From Lenisia limosa (lineage: Eukaryota; Protista; Breviatea), in NCBI GenBank assembly GCA_001655205.1, contig LPNZ01006744.1:1-41053 (forward strand): a stretch of 41,053 bases of DNA, read 5' to 3'. The notes under the pieces were generated by a model, which ran no database searches, was not told the DNA's origin, and saw only the letters and a program-made list of their open reading frames with translations. Both the position numbers and the translations under genes were made by a program. Numbering within the stretch: the first letter of the stretch is position 1; every line of letters begins with the position of its first letter. Shown piece after piece: positions 11,697 through 22,929 of the stretch.

Positions 11697-14600
11697 CTAC
11701 TTCAGATCATCTAGGTTGTCAAAGAAGTCGTCAAAGAAGTCATCTTTGCCCTTTCCGAAGCTTTTGAATGTTGGGTCTGAAGTGCCGTCAGCCGACGTGT
11801 ACGCCCCGTTAAAGAGGTCTGGTAACTGTCCGGCTGGCTGTGCGGCTTCAACACTGCATGATCAGTGCGAAGAATAGTCCAAGGAATTAGCATACATATG
11901 TATGCATGGGATGTATAGAAATGAGAAATAAACACATTGGATTGTAGTATAATCTTAATTCACCCAACCATTTAACACAGCTTTCTGCGCTCTTCCCCAG
12001 CATGAGATAAACAGGAAAGTTTTACCAAATAAAGAGACATGATTTTGACGACATCCTGTCTATGGCAAAGAAAATAGCGATCGAAAATGCTTATTTGGCT
12101 AACTCGTTGGGAGGGTTTGACGACTTCTCATCAGCAAAAAAGGAGTTCCAAAAGTTTTCACTTTTCCTCTGTTCCTTGGCAAGAGTTGTCCCTTGTCTAT
12201 CTTTCACCGAGTTCTGAAGTGTGATACAAGTCATTAATCTCTACATCATATCGCGCAGCACGATAAGTTGCTCACCTTTAAACGTATGCTGTTCAGAGCC
12301 TGGGCGTAAGGTGAAGGGTGATAGGAAGACACCGGCCTAGTCTAAAGCGTTAGGTTCCTGAACGCAATTCTTAGTCCGTACCTTGCTTGAGGTCTCATCC
12401 TCCACGTGACGTTCCATTGTCGACTTTGGGCGTGACGCCCTAATACGTGATATCGTGAAACCAAGAATACGTGATATATTGAAACCAAGACAACGTCCAA
12501 CACTTCATTGAGACAAGAAAGGAAGGAAACCTTACCCACTTTGGATGCGGGGAGACTTTCCGTCGTGGCGGCGCCGCGGCCGGATCCACTGACTCCTTGT
12601 TCTCGGGTATCGTCTCCATAGCTACGTTGGCAAAAAAGTCCTGGGGAAGGGGGAGTAAAATTGGAAAATTTATGAAACAAAAACAAGCCCAAAATCAACT
12701 CTGTTGGCTGACAACACACAATACAAAAACTAAGCACAGACAAGAAAGCAAAAAAAAAAGAGTTCAAAATTATAAAAATGTAATGATCAAATAGAAAAAG
12801 AAGGCTAACCTGCCAAAAAGGCTCTTCATTCTCAGGGCCATGCTCCACAGCAGTGATAGTCTCTGGAGAGAGGGGAGTGGGTGGTACGGTAACGACTGGT
12901 GAAGGAGACGGAAAGGAGGTCGGGGGTTCTGTTGGTTAGATCGGGCTTGGAAAAAGGAACATCAGTATGAGACGTTTAAATCGAAAATTATCACAGGGCA
13001 CAAGCTACCACTAATCAGACAACATACTTTTCTCTCTTTCAGCTTGGGGAGAAAGGAGGGGAGAGGGAATGGGAAGAGATGCTACAAGAGTAAAAACTTT
13101 TTTTAAAAAAAAACTGAAGATAATAAGATGAGGCAACATAACAAGACCTGCCACCGCCCCTTACGGCCTGAACCATACAGCTGGAGACTATGCAGTGCAG
13201 CTGCGTAGCTCTCGCGTGACAAGCTGGGAATATTGGCAGCAAGCTTGTCAAGGTCTGTGGTGGTTTGAAAGGAGTCTTCGCGGTCCAATGGCTTAATGTG
13301 GACCTGGATGGTTACCGAGTTGTTTCTTCCCTTTTCATGTGTTGCCCTTGTCCCACAGAGTCTTCAGACGCATCAGAGGCAACACGCGGTCTCGAGCGGG
13401 ACTCGCTGCTGATTGAGAGACGGCGGCCGAATGACGGACGGACCTGTTTCCGCGGCTCCGTATCGTCCGCCGACGTTGAGTTGGTTATCATGTGTCCAAC
13501 CTACAAGGGCGGGGGGGGGGGTGAAAAGGTTTAATATAAAACTCAAAAATGCGATGAAACTTTTCGCCCTCATGTCTCAGTGAGGGAAGCACCATACAAA
13601 CCTGTTTGAAAATGTCTTCGAAGAAAGGGTTGTCAGCACCGGTCATTTCTTTCTATAACAATAAAAGAAAAAATTTGGAAACTCAGAAAGCAAAAAGCAA
13701 CATGACACATAACTATGAAAGGTAATAGTCGAATATTACTGGAGCAATACCTCATTTTCAGTTGGAATAATACGCAGAGAGGCAGTGTTAGACTGAATTG
13801 CTGCTGCATAAGGGGTCCTACTTTATTATTTCCACAATTGAAAATAGTTCGAGAAGATATCGAAATTATCCTATTAGCAGACTGTGCTATTTTTGATGCG
13901 GGGCGGAACTGCTGTATTCTCAGAGCACTGACCGCCTCCGTCTCGGAGTCGGCCTGAATGGCTGCGAAGGTCTGGTTGGACTCGGCGTGGGGCTGAAGGT
14001 GCTGCGCGTACTCGCGCACTGATGCCGTAAAATGGCAAAACTATCAAATACATAGTGACATGGTCAAGGTATCAGGTCCACATCATCACGCAAAAGAGAT
14101 ACTTATTTTTGTGCACGCTGCTTTCTCACGCTCTGTGAATTCAAATCCACCAACCTATTGCAAGGGTTTTAGAAAAATGAGCAGCAAGTGACGAAAGAAG
14201 GTTCTGCATATCTGCAGGTGTGCGAGTATTCGCTCTTAAATATGAGATCAAGTTAAACCATCATATGAGATACACCGGGATGCTATTTTATAGTTGTTTC
14301 ATTCTTGCCAATGGTAAATAAAAGGTTTTAAATCGAAGATCTAATGCCATGTCATCATACATTCGCCCACCCACCTTCTAAGTCTCAGCATGTGTGTGGC
14401 AACACATTCGATAACCGACAGCGCACTCGTTTCAAGGGAGTCCGCTTCCCGCCCAAGGTTATCACTGAAATCCACTGGTCCTTGGAGGTTAGTTCTGCTG
14501 GTACAATACAGCCAAAGCATATCTAACACAATTTAAACTATTCATCGTGATCACCATTGTCAAAGTTGATGAGACCATATGATTAAAGCCTACCGATACC

Positions 14601-15760
14601 CGCTTTGCACCTTGCCTCAACCGCTGACGACATTTTGGAAAGAGATGAACAGGCAAGTGAGATAGCTGGGTTGTCAATGTCTGAACAGGAGCCACAAAAA
14701 ATATCTCCATTTACCATTCATGGTTGCAATGTGGGAAGGGGCGGGGGAATTGTCGACTTGAGCGGCATCACCAAGAGCATGAAGGGCACTGACAAGCTGG
14801 AGAGAATGTTATGGCTTGCTTAAGTGAAAAATGTTCACAAAAGTACAATCATGGTATTATCCACTGAAATACATATTGTAGACAAATAAAAATATTTTTA
14901 TCAATTTAAAAGTGAACAAAAACATCCTCCTGGGCAATATCTCTGAACCAATCACACGATACACCTCCAACAGGTGTACTGACAGCTTCAATGGAGAACC
15001 TGTCAAGTAGCCTTTCAAGCTGTGTGGATCTCGAGCTCAAGGCCGAAAGCTGACTATAGAGCGAGCTAATCGCGTTATAAGTGCAGTAAAAGCGGAAGTT
15101 AGTGGGCTGTTCAGAGGCCCTTTGAACAATCGTCAACCATGAGTGACACGTGTAGCAAAAATCTGGCTTATCAATATCCGCCAAAATTGGGAACAACTGC
15201 TTACCTTGTATCTTTCACAGATGGTGAAGACGCAGTTGCGGCTTTGCACTGAAAAATGGCCTCGCCAGCACTCACAATGCCCTCACAGTGTGCATAGACC
15301 TTGAAGGTGATTTCGTCATAAGCCAACGTTGCATTGGATTATCCCTGCTTACCTGGCTCAAAACAGCCTGTGATGGGTGAAGAATTGCCACCGTCTGTCT
15401 GGCAATGGAGGCAAACTCTCCTGCATTCAGCCCGACTGAGTGGCATCGATCCTCTGTACATATTATGGTGTACCTCAGAAATGGAAACCTGGGCTAAGTC
15501 TGAATTATATGTAAATATATACACTCTGCCAACTTAATTCATGCTTGGGGGCATCAGAAGTTTTTTGAAGTATCAAATCGCAAATGTGAGAAAGACCGCC
15601 GGCCTGTAAAGTTGTTATATTACCTTAATATTCCTCAAAAAGAAAAGATGGGAGTTTAATATAGCTTACACTCTCTCCAAAGTTAGAATAAGCATCGCAG
15701 AACCGGAGTTTTTGCAACTTAGGTTCTTTAAATAGATCAACAAATAAGGGGTGAACTGTT
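11697..15760 (-). CDS. Multi-exon hypothetical protein with low-complexity S/P-rich C-terminal half, ending KDDFFDDFFDNLDDLK*; 5' end unresolved, could be more than one gene
   Basis: Chain of open exons bounded by GT/AG, e.g. HPLFVDLFKEPKLQKLRFCDAYSNFGES, LAYDEITFKVYAHCEGIV, REYAQHLQPHAESNQTF, NSVKDRQGTTLAKEQRKSENFWNSFF and VEAAQPAGQLPDLFNG...FFDNLDDLK* (TAG 11697-11699). No family recognised. Confidence 0.55.
12443..12490. repeat. Two-copy 24-bp tandem duplication in a probable intron
   Basis: ATACGTGATATCGTGAAACCAAGA followed directly by ATACGTGATATATTGAAACCAAGA (2 mismatches). Confidence 0.8.
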
Positions 15761-15956
15761 TTCCCCATTGTATTCCATTAAAATTGCCAATGAGACCTGA
15801 TTACAGAAAACAGTTGTCAAGGATTAGTTTTGATTACTTATACTCACAACGTCACTCACAACTATTTGAATTTCAGGAATTTTTTTCTTGCAAAACCCTT
15901 TCAGCCTCTAATTTTGTCCAAATACCCGTTTTATTTATCTAATAATGATTAATACT

Positions 15957-18900
15957 ATGTCTGATGTTTATATAACTGAGCCTGATCAGGTTCTAGTTCC
16001 CAAGGTTTGCTTTTTTTCGCTATTTTCACCCCTACCTCCAAGTTCTATTACAATTTCTGACGTATTCAGGTGAATGCTAGTGATCCTGAGGAATGGGCAC
16101 CCAAGACAATCATGGAAGTCTTTGAAGACTCCTGTGCCGTTCGCGGTAATAAGGTTAGCTTTGCGGGTGGCTTTTTAGAATGCTTAGATGATCATTTGTA
16201 ACCTTTTCTCAGCCTGCTCTTTGGAGAAAGACTAATGGCGAGGCTTACTCTCCAATCACCTGGAGCGAATACAGAACTGATGTAAGAAAAAAAGGATTAC
16301 AACTTTCTCTTTTTTTTACAGGAAAGTATTTTGTTCATAATCATGCTTTTTGGGGAGAATTGTGAGTATAAGAGATTTTGACAAAGGCATTTTGGACTTC
16401 CGACGATGACACCGCAGGTCTTGCGTGCTGCTCGTGCAAGCTTGAAACTCGGCCTTCCTAAACACCATGGAGTTGCTATCCTTGGATTCAATTGTTATGA
16501 GTGGTTCGTTGCCAAATTTGGCGCAATTTTCGCAGGAGGAATTGATGCAGGTGTCTACCCAACTAATGGTTTGCCCCTTTTGCGTTTTTTTTTATCTACT
16601 ATGTGTTGCGTGTTGTTGTATCTCGCTCTTCCGGTTGCTTCCGATAACTTCTTTTTTAGGCCCTGATGCCATTGCTCATCTCGTCAACAACTGTGAAGCT
16701 CACATCGCCTTCGCTGAAAGTCCTTCAGCCCTTGCCAAGTTCTATTCCATTCGTGATCGCGTTCCTTCCATGAAGGTATTCCATGTTCTTCAAATCATTT
16801 CTCTCCATTTTCTTCTTCTTACAATCCCTTATAATCAACCACCCAATTAGGTTCTTGTCCTGTGGGGTGATGAAGAAGTTCCCGAAAGTCTCCCTTCCAC
16901 TGAAGAACTGAAGATCATACACTGGACTGAGTTCCTGAAGGTTTGAAATCCACTGCAATTTGCTTGTGTCTCAACGTGAGTTTCTCTTACGAATTAGCTT
17001 GGAGACGACACCGAGTTGGAGCCCCTTCTCCAGGACCGCATTTCCTCTCAGGTTCGTTTCTTTTGGTCAATTGTGAATTTTTTTTCCCCCTAGTATTCTT
17101 TATCGAAATTTCCTTCGTTTTTCTCCCCAGGTAAGGTGCTGCAGAATCGACTGACCTGGCCTTTTTTTTTTGTTGTTTTCAACCTTCGTGTGTTGCTAGC
17201 CAAACAGATTTTGNNNNNNNNNNNNNNNNNNNNNNNNNNNNNNNNNNNNNNNNNNNNNNNNNNNNNNNNNNNNNNNNNNNNNNNNNNNNNNNNNNNNNNN
17301 NNNNNNNNNNNNNNNNNNAACAACTGGAGCCGCTAAGGTTTGCCGTTTGCATGTTTTGTTTTGAAAAGGGCCAGTTCTATTCCTTAGCAATGCTTACCAT
17401 CTAGGGTGTGATGCTTACTCATGATTGCGTGATGTGGTGTGCAATCAGTGCCGGCCGCTGGATTGATATTGACGAGAACTGCCGTGCGGTGTCCTTCCTT
17501 CCCCTTGCTCACGTTGCCGCTCAGATTATTGACCAGTATGCCGCTCTCCGTTTCGGTATGTAGGGAGTTGGAAAACAGTCTCATGCTGTTCCAATTGAAT
17601 ATGCTTTGATGATTAAGGTTTCCAAATCTACTTCGCCCAGCCTGACGCTCTGAAGGGCTCTCTTGGTGACACCCTTCGCGAGGTGCGGGGGGTAACTGTC
17701 ACATGGTTAACGTTTTTTCTGAGCTTTTTAATCTGACACCCTGTAGGTCCGCCCCACACATTTCATTTCCATTCCCCGTGTCTGGGAGAAGATGATGGAG
17801 AAAATGAAGGAAATTGGAGCCAAGACTACTGGCGCTAAAAAGAGCATTGGTGAGTTCTTTTCTTTCTGCTTATGCTTTCGTTTTGGCTTTGACCTCTCTG
17901 TTACGGCACACTCTTTCACACCGCAGCTACCTGGGCCAAGTCCATTGGTCTGGAGTCCAACAGAAACCTCCAAGAGGGCAAGAGCAGACCTTGGGGCTAC
18001 ACCCTGGCTAACACCTTGGTGTTCAAGAAGGTTTGTGGGCTTTTTTTTTTTTTGCATCTCCTCGAATAAACCATGCGGTATCCACTCTTGATATCCAAAT
18101 TTTTTCAGGCTAAACATGCGCTCGGTCTGGACCAATGCCGCTGGTTCTGCAGTGCTGCCGCACCCATTTCAATGGAAACCCTCGAGTACTTCCTCTCCCT
18201 CGACATTCCCATTTGCCAGGTTCTTGGTTAGCCGGGTGTGAGGTGTGTGTTAGAACAAAGCAAGTCACATATTTAAGTAACCACCCAGGACTCTCTGAAA
18301 CATCCGGCCCAGCCACCATTGCCATTCCCCGTCTTCTTATCACTGGAAACGTCGGTAACGTCTTCCCTGGCACGGAATGCCGCATTGTCAACCCTGATGC
18401 CACTGGCGAGGGTGAAATTTGCTTCCGCGGCCGTCATCGCTTCGCTGGCTACCTCCATAACCCTGAAGGTGAGTCATCGCTAACAGTTCTAATGTTTGCA
18501 TTGCGGTTTCTCAATTTCTTTAGAGACAGTGAAGTCGATTGACACAGAGGGCTGGCTCCACACCGGCGATCTTGGCAAGATGGACGATCTTGCTTTCCTT
18601 TCAGTTACTGGTAGACTCAAGGTGTGTATCGGGATACTGGCTTTGAGACCTTATTTTGACACCCTAGGAGCTGATCATCACCGCTGGTGGTGAGAATGTG
18701 GCCCCTATTCTTATAGGTTCGTGGTGGACACATCTCGCTTTATCTTGGTTTACGTCGTGATCCGATAACTCACTGTACAGAGGACCATATCAAGGCTGGC
18801 TGCCCGCTCCTCAGTAATGTTATCGCCATCGGTGACCGTCAGAAGTACCTTACTTGCCTTCTTTCCTTAAAGACCGAAGTGAATCTCGAGACTATGATTC

Positions 18901-19402
18901 CCTCTGACACGCTTGCACACAATATCAAGACCCATCTCAAGTTGGCGAGTGTGATTATCTTTTGAGTCTTGTCACCATCATAATCTCTGACCTTTTCAGG
19001 AACATCGGCAGCTCAGCCACCACGATTGAGGAGGCTAAGACGTGCCCCAAGGTCGTTGAAAATATTGAGGTTTGTCAACAATCCCTTCACATTAAGTTTT
19101 AAGAAATCAAGTTACATTTATGTTAATTCTCAGAATTTAATGATTGGATGTAAATGACCTGTGTCTAGGCCGCCATCACACGTGCCAACGAACTGGCCAC
19201 TTCCAGAGCCCAGAAGGTCCAGAAGTTCCGTGTCCTCCCTGTTGACCTTTCTATTCCTGGTTTGTGAAAGTTCAGTCAATGCTGTATTCTGCTGCCTTCA
19301 AGTCTCACATAGCCAGGAGGGGACCTCACCCCCACCATGAAGATCAAGCGCAAGATTGTCCACCAGAAATACGCTGAATTGATCAACGAGATGTACGAAT
19401 AA
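15957..19402 (+). CDS. ACSBG: Long-chain-fatty-acid--CoA ligase, bubblegum (ACSBG) type
   Basis: MSDVYITEPDQ|...ITWSEYRTD|VLRAARASLKLGLPKHHGVAILGFNCYEWFVAKFGAIFAGGIDAGVYPTN; P-loop remnant TTGAAK right after the N-gap; EGEICFRGRHRFAGYL; EGWLHTGDLGKMDD; VTGRLK|ELIITAGGENVAP; DLSIPG|GDLTPTMKIKRKIVHQKYAELINEMYE* (TAA 19400-19402). Confidence 0.92.
17214..17318. other. Assembly gap (N run); five more at 20682-20753, 29741-29811, ~37289-37336, 38454-38540 and 38979-39130
   Basis: Runs of N in the sequence. This gap probably hides the short exon preceding the TTG P-loop of the acyl-CoA synthetase. Confidence 0.99.
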
Positions 19403-19696
19403 CTCTCAATCTGTCTTTATTATTGCATACTCTTCCTCTCCTTCTCTTTAATGTTATTGTATTTACAGTGTGTCAACCGTCCTATGTGTTGTTTTGATAA
19501 ATGGTTTCATCTCGATTTCATGCAAATGAGAATTATGTAAATTGGATAAGCCAGATGAAATAGAAGCATTCAGAAATGCATTTAGAATAGAAAAGAAACA
19601 AGAAAAGAAACATGAAACCAGCAACTAAAATCACAACCTATTACACAATGAACTAAAAACACAAAAACACAAAAACACACCATAAAAACCACACTG

Positions 19697-22574
19697 CTAT
19701 GAGCCAGATATGGCAACCTGCTCCTCACGCGGTCGGCTCCGTTCCAGACTTCTCGGCTTCTTGACATCACGCGGCTTAAAACCTCGAGGCGCCACCGGGG
19801 TGGACTTTGACAGGCTCGGCGTCGGCAGCGCGGATAGTGTTGCCTTCTTCGGCAGCTCATCCTAAAACATAAAATGCTACTGGCATGGGGCAAGTGAGTT
19901 TGGAATCACAATCATGCGCACCTTAACTACGCGACGAGAAGATGAGAGCGGCTGGGGAGGTACAGTATCGTGGGGACGCTGAGGGGTTAGTGGAGGAGCG
20001 ATAAACAAGAGACCGAAAGAGTCTCAAAAGATCCGTCAGAACAAACCTTTCTGGGGATAGGGGTTTGGTAGGGGCTGGAGCGACTAGGGGGAAGAGGGGT
20101 TTTGGGGGAAGGTGTGACCATGTTTGGTCGTGAACGGGGTGGCATAGGAGTTCTAAAAGGTGAGCTTTGTCAAGAACAAAAAAGAGATAGCTTTGGAATC
20201 CCACTCACGAGCCAGGGGCAAGAGGAAGTTTCATGGGGGTGGACTTGGGGAGGGGAGTGACGGCGCTCTCTGGGGAGCCATGCATCGGAGGTGACGACTT
20301 TTTGGGTGTTGCAAACTGTGCGTTAGCTGCTCGCCTTGCCATGTACTCCTGTGAGGTCAAGAATCGTTGTCCGAGTCGGGCTTTATTTTTCTTTTTTTAA
20401 AAAAAGCACTACACAAGATGAATGATACATACCTCTTTAGTGATAGGCTTCTTCGGGGTTTCTTGTTCAACCTCCTTCTGCTTACTAAGGTGGTGAGAAG
20501 AAGGCAATGAGATGAGAGAGCTGTGAAGCCGATAAACACAAGCAAAGAATTTGCTCCCACCGACCTGGCAGGTCTTGGAGCGAGGGGTGGTGAAGGCCGA
20601 CGCTCGGGCATTGGTCCAGTGGGCTTCTTGATGGACACAGGCTACATTGTTAGAAACTTCGGGCGTGCGGGGGGGGGGGGGNNNNNNNNNNNNNNNNNNN
20701 NNNNNNNNNNNNNNNNNNNNNNNNNNNNNNNNNNNNNNNNNNNNNNNNNNNNNTCCGTTGGCTGAACACACAAGGGTTCATAACAACAAACAAACAAAGC
20801 CCAGCCAGTCGCTTCTGCAGCACCGCATCCCATCCTCCGTGGCTCACCATAAGGGTTTTTTGCTGTGTAGGGGTCTGAGCTTTGCGCTTAGCAACGTTGG
20901 ACTCCTTGAGCTTCCTCATGACGGCCTCACGCTTGCCGGCAAGGCTGTTCTTACGCGAGATTCGGTGGAATAACTCTGGGAAGGGGTGAAACAAAGAGGA
21001 ATGCGGAGCAGCAGCGACTTTGGTACCTACTTTTGAGATCATGACCAGGAGTCACCTCGTTGCGCATGATGACTTCGAAGTATCTCGGAAGAGTGATCTG
21101 CAGGGTAAGAGGAAGTACTGGTGGACAAAGCCAAGAAAAGTCCACATTATGAACTCAAAAGACGAAAGAAAGAAGAGGATTACTCATACCTGAACTGTGG
21201 TGGACTCATCCTTGTTGATGACGTGTGAAGCGAACTTGATGACTGCGACGGCCAGTTCACGACCGGTATAGACAAGAGAGTTGGGCGAGAAGGCTCTGTG
21301 GAGGTCAGCCATATGATTCAAGATGGTGGCAGCAAGTGGGGAGATAGCATACGATGCGTTAGCGAAGTCCCAGCTTTTCTTCCTGAGTTGCTTGAAAATC
21401 TCACTATCGTGCTTGAAATGTTCTGAAGGAGTCAACATTCGTGTTTTTTTTTGTTGAACGAGTTCTTGTGAGTTACTTGAGATCCGCTTACCAGCCAGTG
21501 CGGGGAACAGCTCGAGAAGATGTACGTGGGGGGTGAAATCAGTGAAGTCAAGATTAAAGTCTTGTAATGTAAGAGAGGGGTTGAAGATCAACACAGCCTT
21601 TCAAAAACGAAGAATAGTGTGTACCTAGTCTTTTGAGAATGTCAAGTTCAGCCGAGATCACACGGTTCTTGAAGGATTCATATTCCTTCGACTCCATCCA
21701 GGTATTTTGGTAATCCTGAAGATAAGACCGATCCTTGGTGAGAAGGATCAAACCTGTCGTTCTTTCGCCGTAGTCCATGACTCTGAGAGTTTGGGACTGA
21801 ACCATAGATGTGCTCGCCAAAGAACATGTTGGATTGATCGAGGGGTATCATTAACCTTGCCACTGAGGAAGACACAAGCTACGGCAACGAACTAGGAGCG
21901 TTATACCGTTCAGGAGGGCGGAGTTGATGAGAGAGTGCATGAAATGCGGTGCCAATTCATATTTTGCGCTGATCGAGAGAAGTTTTAACAACTAGTTTTG
22001 ACTAATACGACGAGTAAGGATAGGTATGAATCCCTAATTGCGTATGAACGTCTCAAAGCCGGATAATATTCAGTACAGTTTAATTTTTGACGACAAGAGT
22101 CGTTAATAGGACCAACCTTTGAATTCCTGACATAGGGAACAAGGCTCTTATCTTTAGGATAGTCGCCCTTGTGCTCAAGCAATTCAAATTGGAAATACCG
22201 GTGAAATAGCAACATAGCATTCACAATCACCGTCGTTTGACTGGAAAAACAGTCAGATAGTTTCATTCAAAGAACGAAAAAGTGACTTATTTTGGTTGAA
22301 ATAGGGTTAAACCACTCCCTATTTACAATTCAAGCTTCAGCGAAAGGTCTTTGATCATTTCGCAGCGGTTGAACACCTTCTCAAAAAAGTCGTCTTCGGA
22401 CATGCCAGCAAGCTGAGAACGAATAAAACAGGGTTTGTAAAAGCATATTCAGGTTTAAAAAACAAAACCGAATGAACATATTGCTTTAACCCCAATTCTC
22501 ACCAAGGCAGGATTCTTGGCCAAGTCCTCCTCTCGAAAGAGGGGGAAATGATTCCCGTCGTAATCCTCAAACAT
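19697..22574 (-). CDS. Transcriptional cyclin (cyclin T/K/L family) with long S/P/K/R-rich C-terminal tail
   Basis: MFEDYDGNHFPLFREEDLAKNPAL|LAGMSEDDFFEKVFNRCEMIKDLSLKLEL|...TVIVNAMLLFHRYF...|FVAVACVFLSGKVNDTPRSIQHVL...YESFKNRVISAELDILKRLG|...TPHVHLL...SWDFANASY...RELAVAVIKFA. This matches the two cyclin boxes of CDK9/12/11 cyclins (FHRF, ACLFLAGKVEETPR, E..IL..LGF). The tail spans an N-gap; TAG at 19697-19699. Confidence 0.85.
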
Positions 22575-22929
22575 GAGAAGAAGTAGAAAAAAAGTTATTC
22601 CATAATGCCTCCCCTTTCTCCAACTAGTGTCAATATACTAACAAAGGAAGGATAAGAGGAAAGAACTTGTCAAAAATAAATTATTAGTTTAAATAGTCTC
22701 TGTTTGGACCAGTATTTATATGTTTTGTTGGCATGCGCCCAAATAATTCTATTTCTGACTTTCTGACTGCTTAGGACTCGTTCAGGATCAGGATTCCCAA
22801 GATTTCCTTGGGATCCCAATTTCTCCCTTTCCTACATTGAACACGATATGAAAAAGCGTACTTGCCTCGGAAATTTCAAAGGAATAAATAAATAACTAGC
22901 TAATATACATTCGGCTTGTTGAAACCGAG

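Noticed and set aside
14906-15196. Possible PX domain in the orphan gene
   Set aside because: The RRY/F..L and PxxP/K signatures are not convincingly present.
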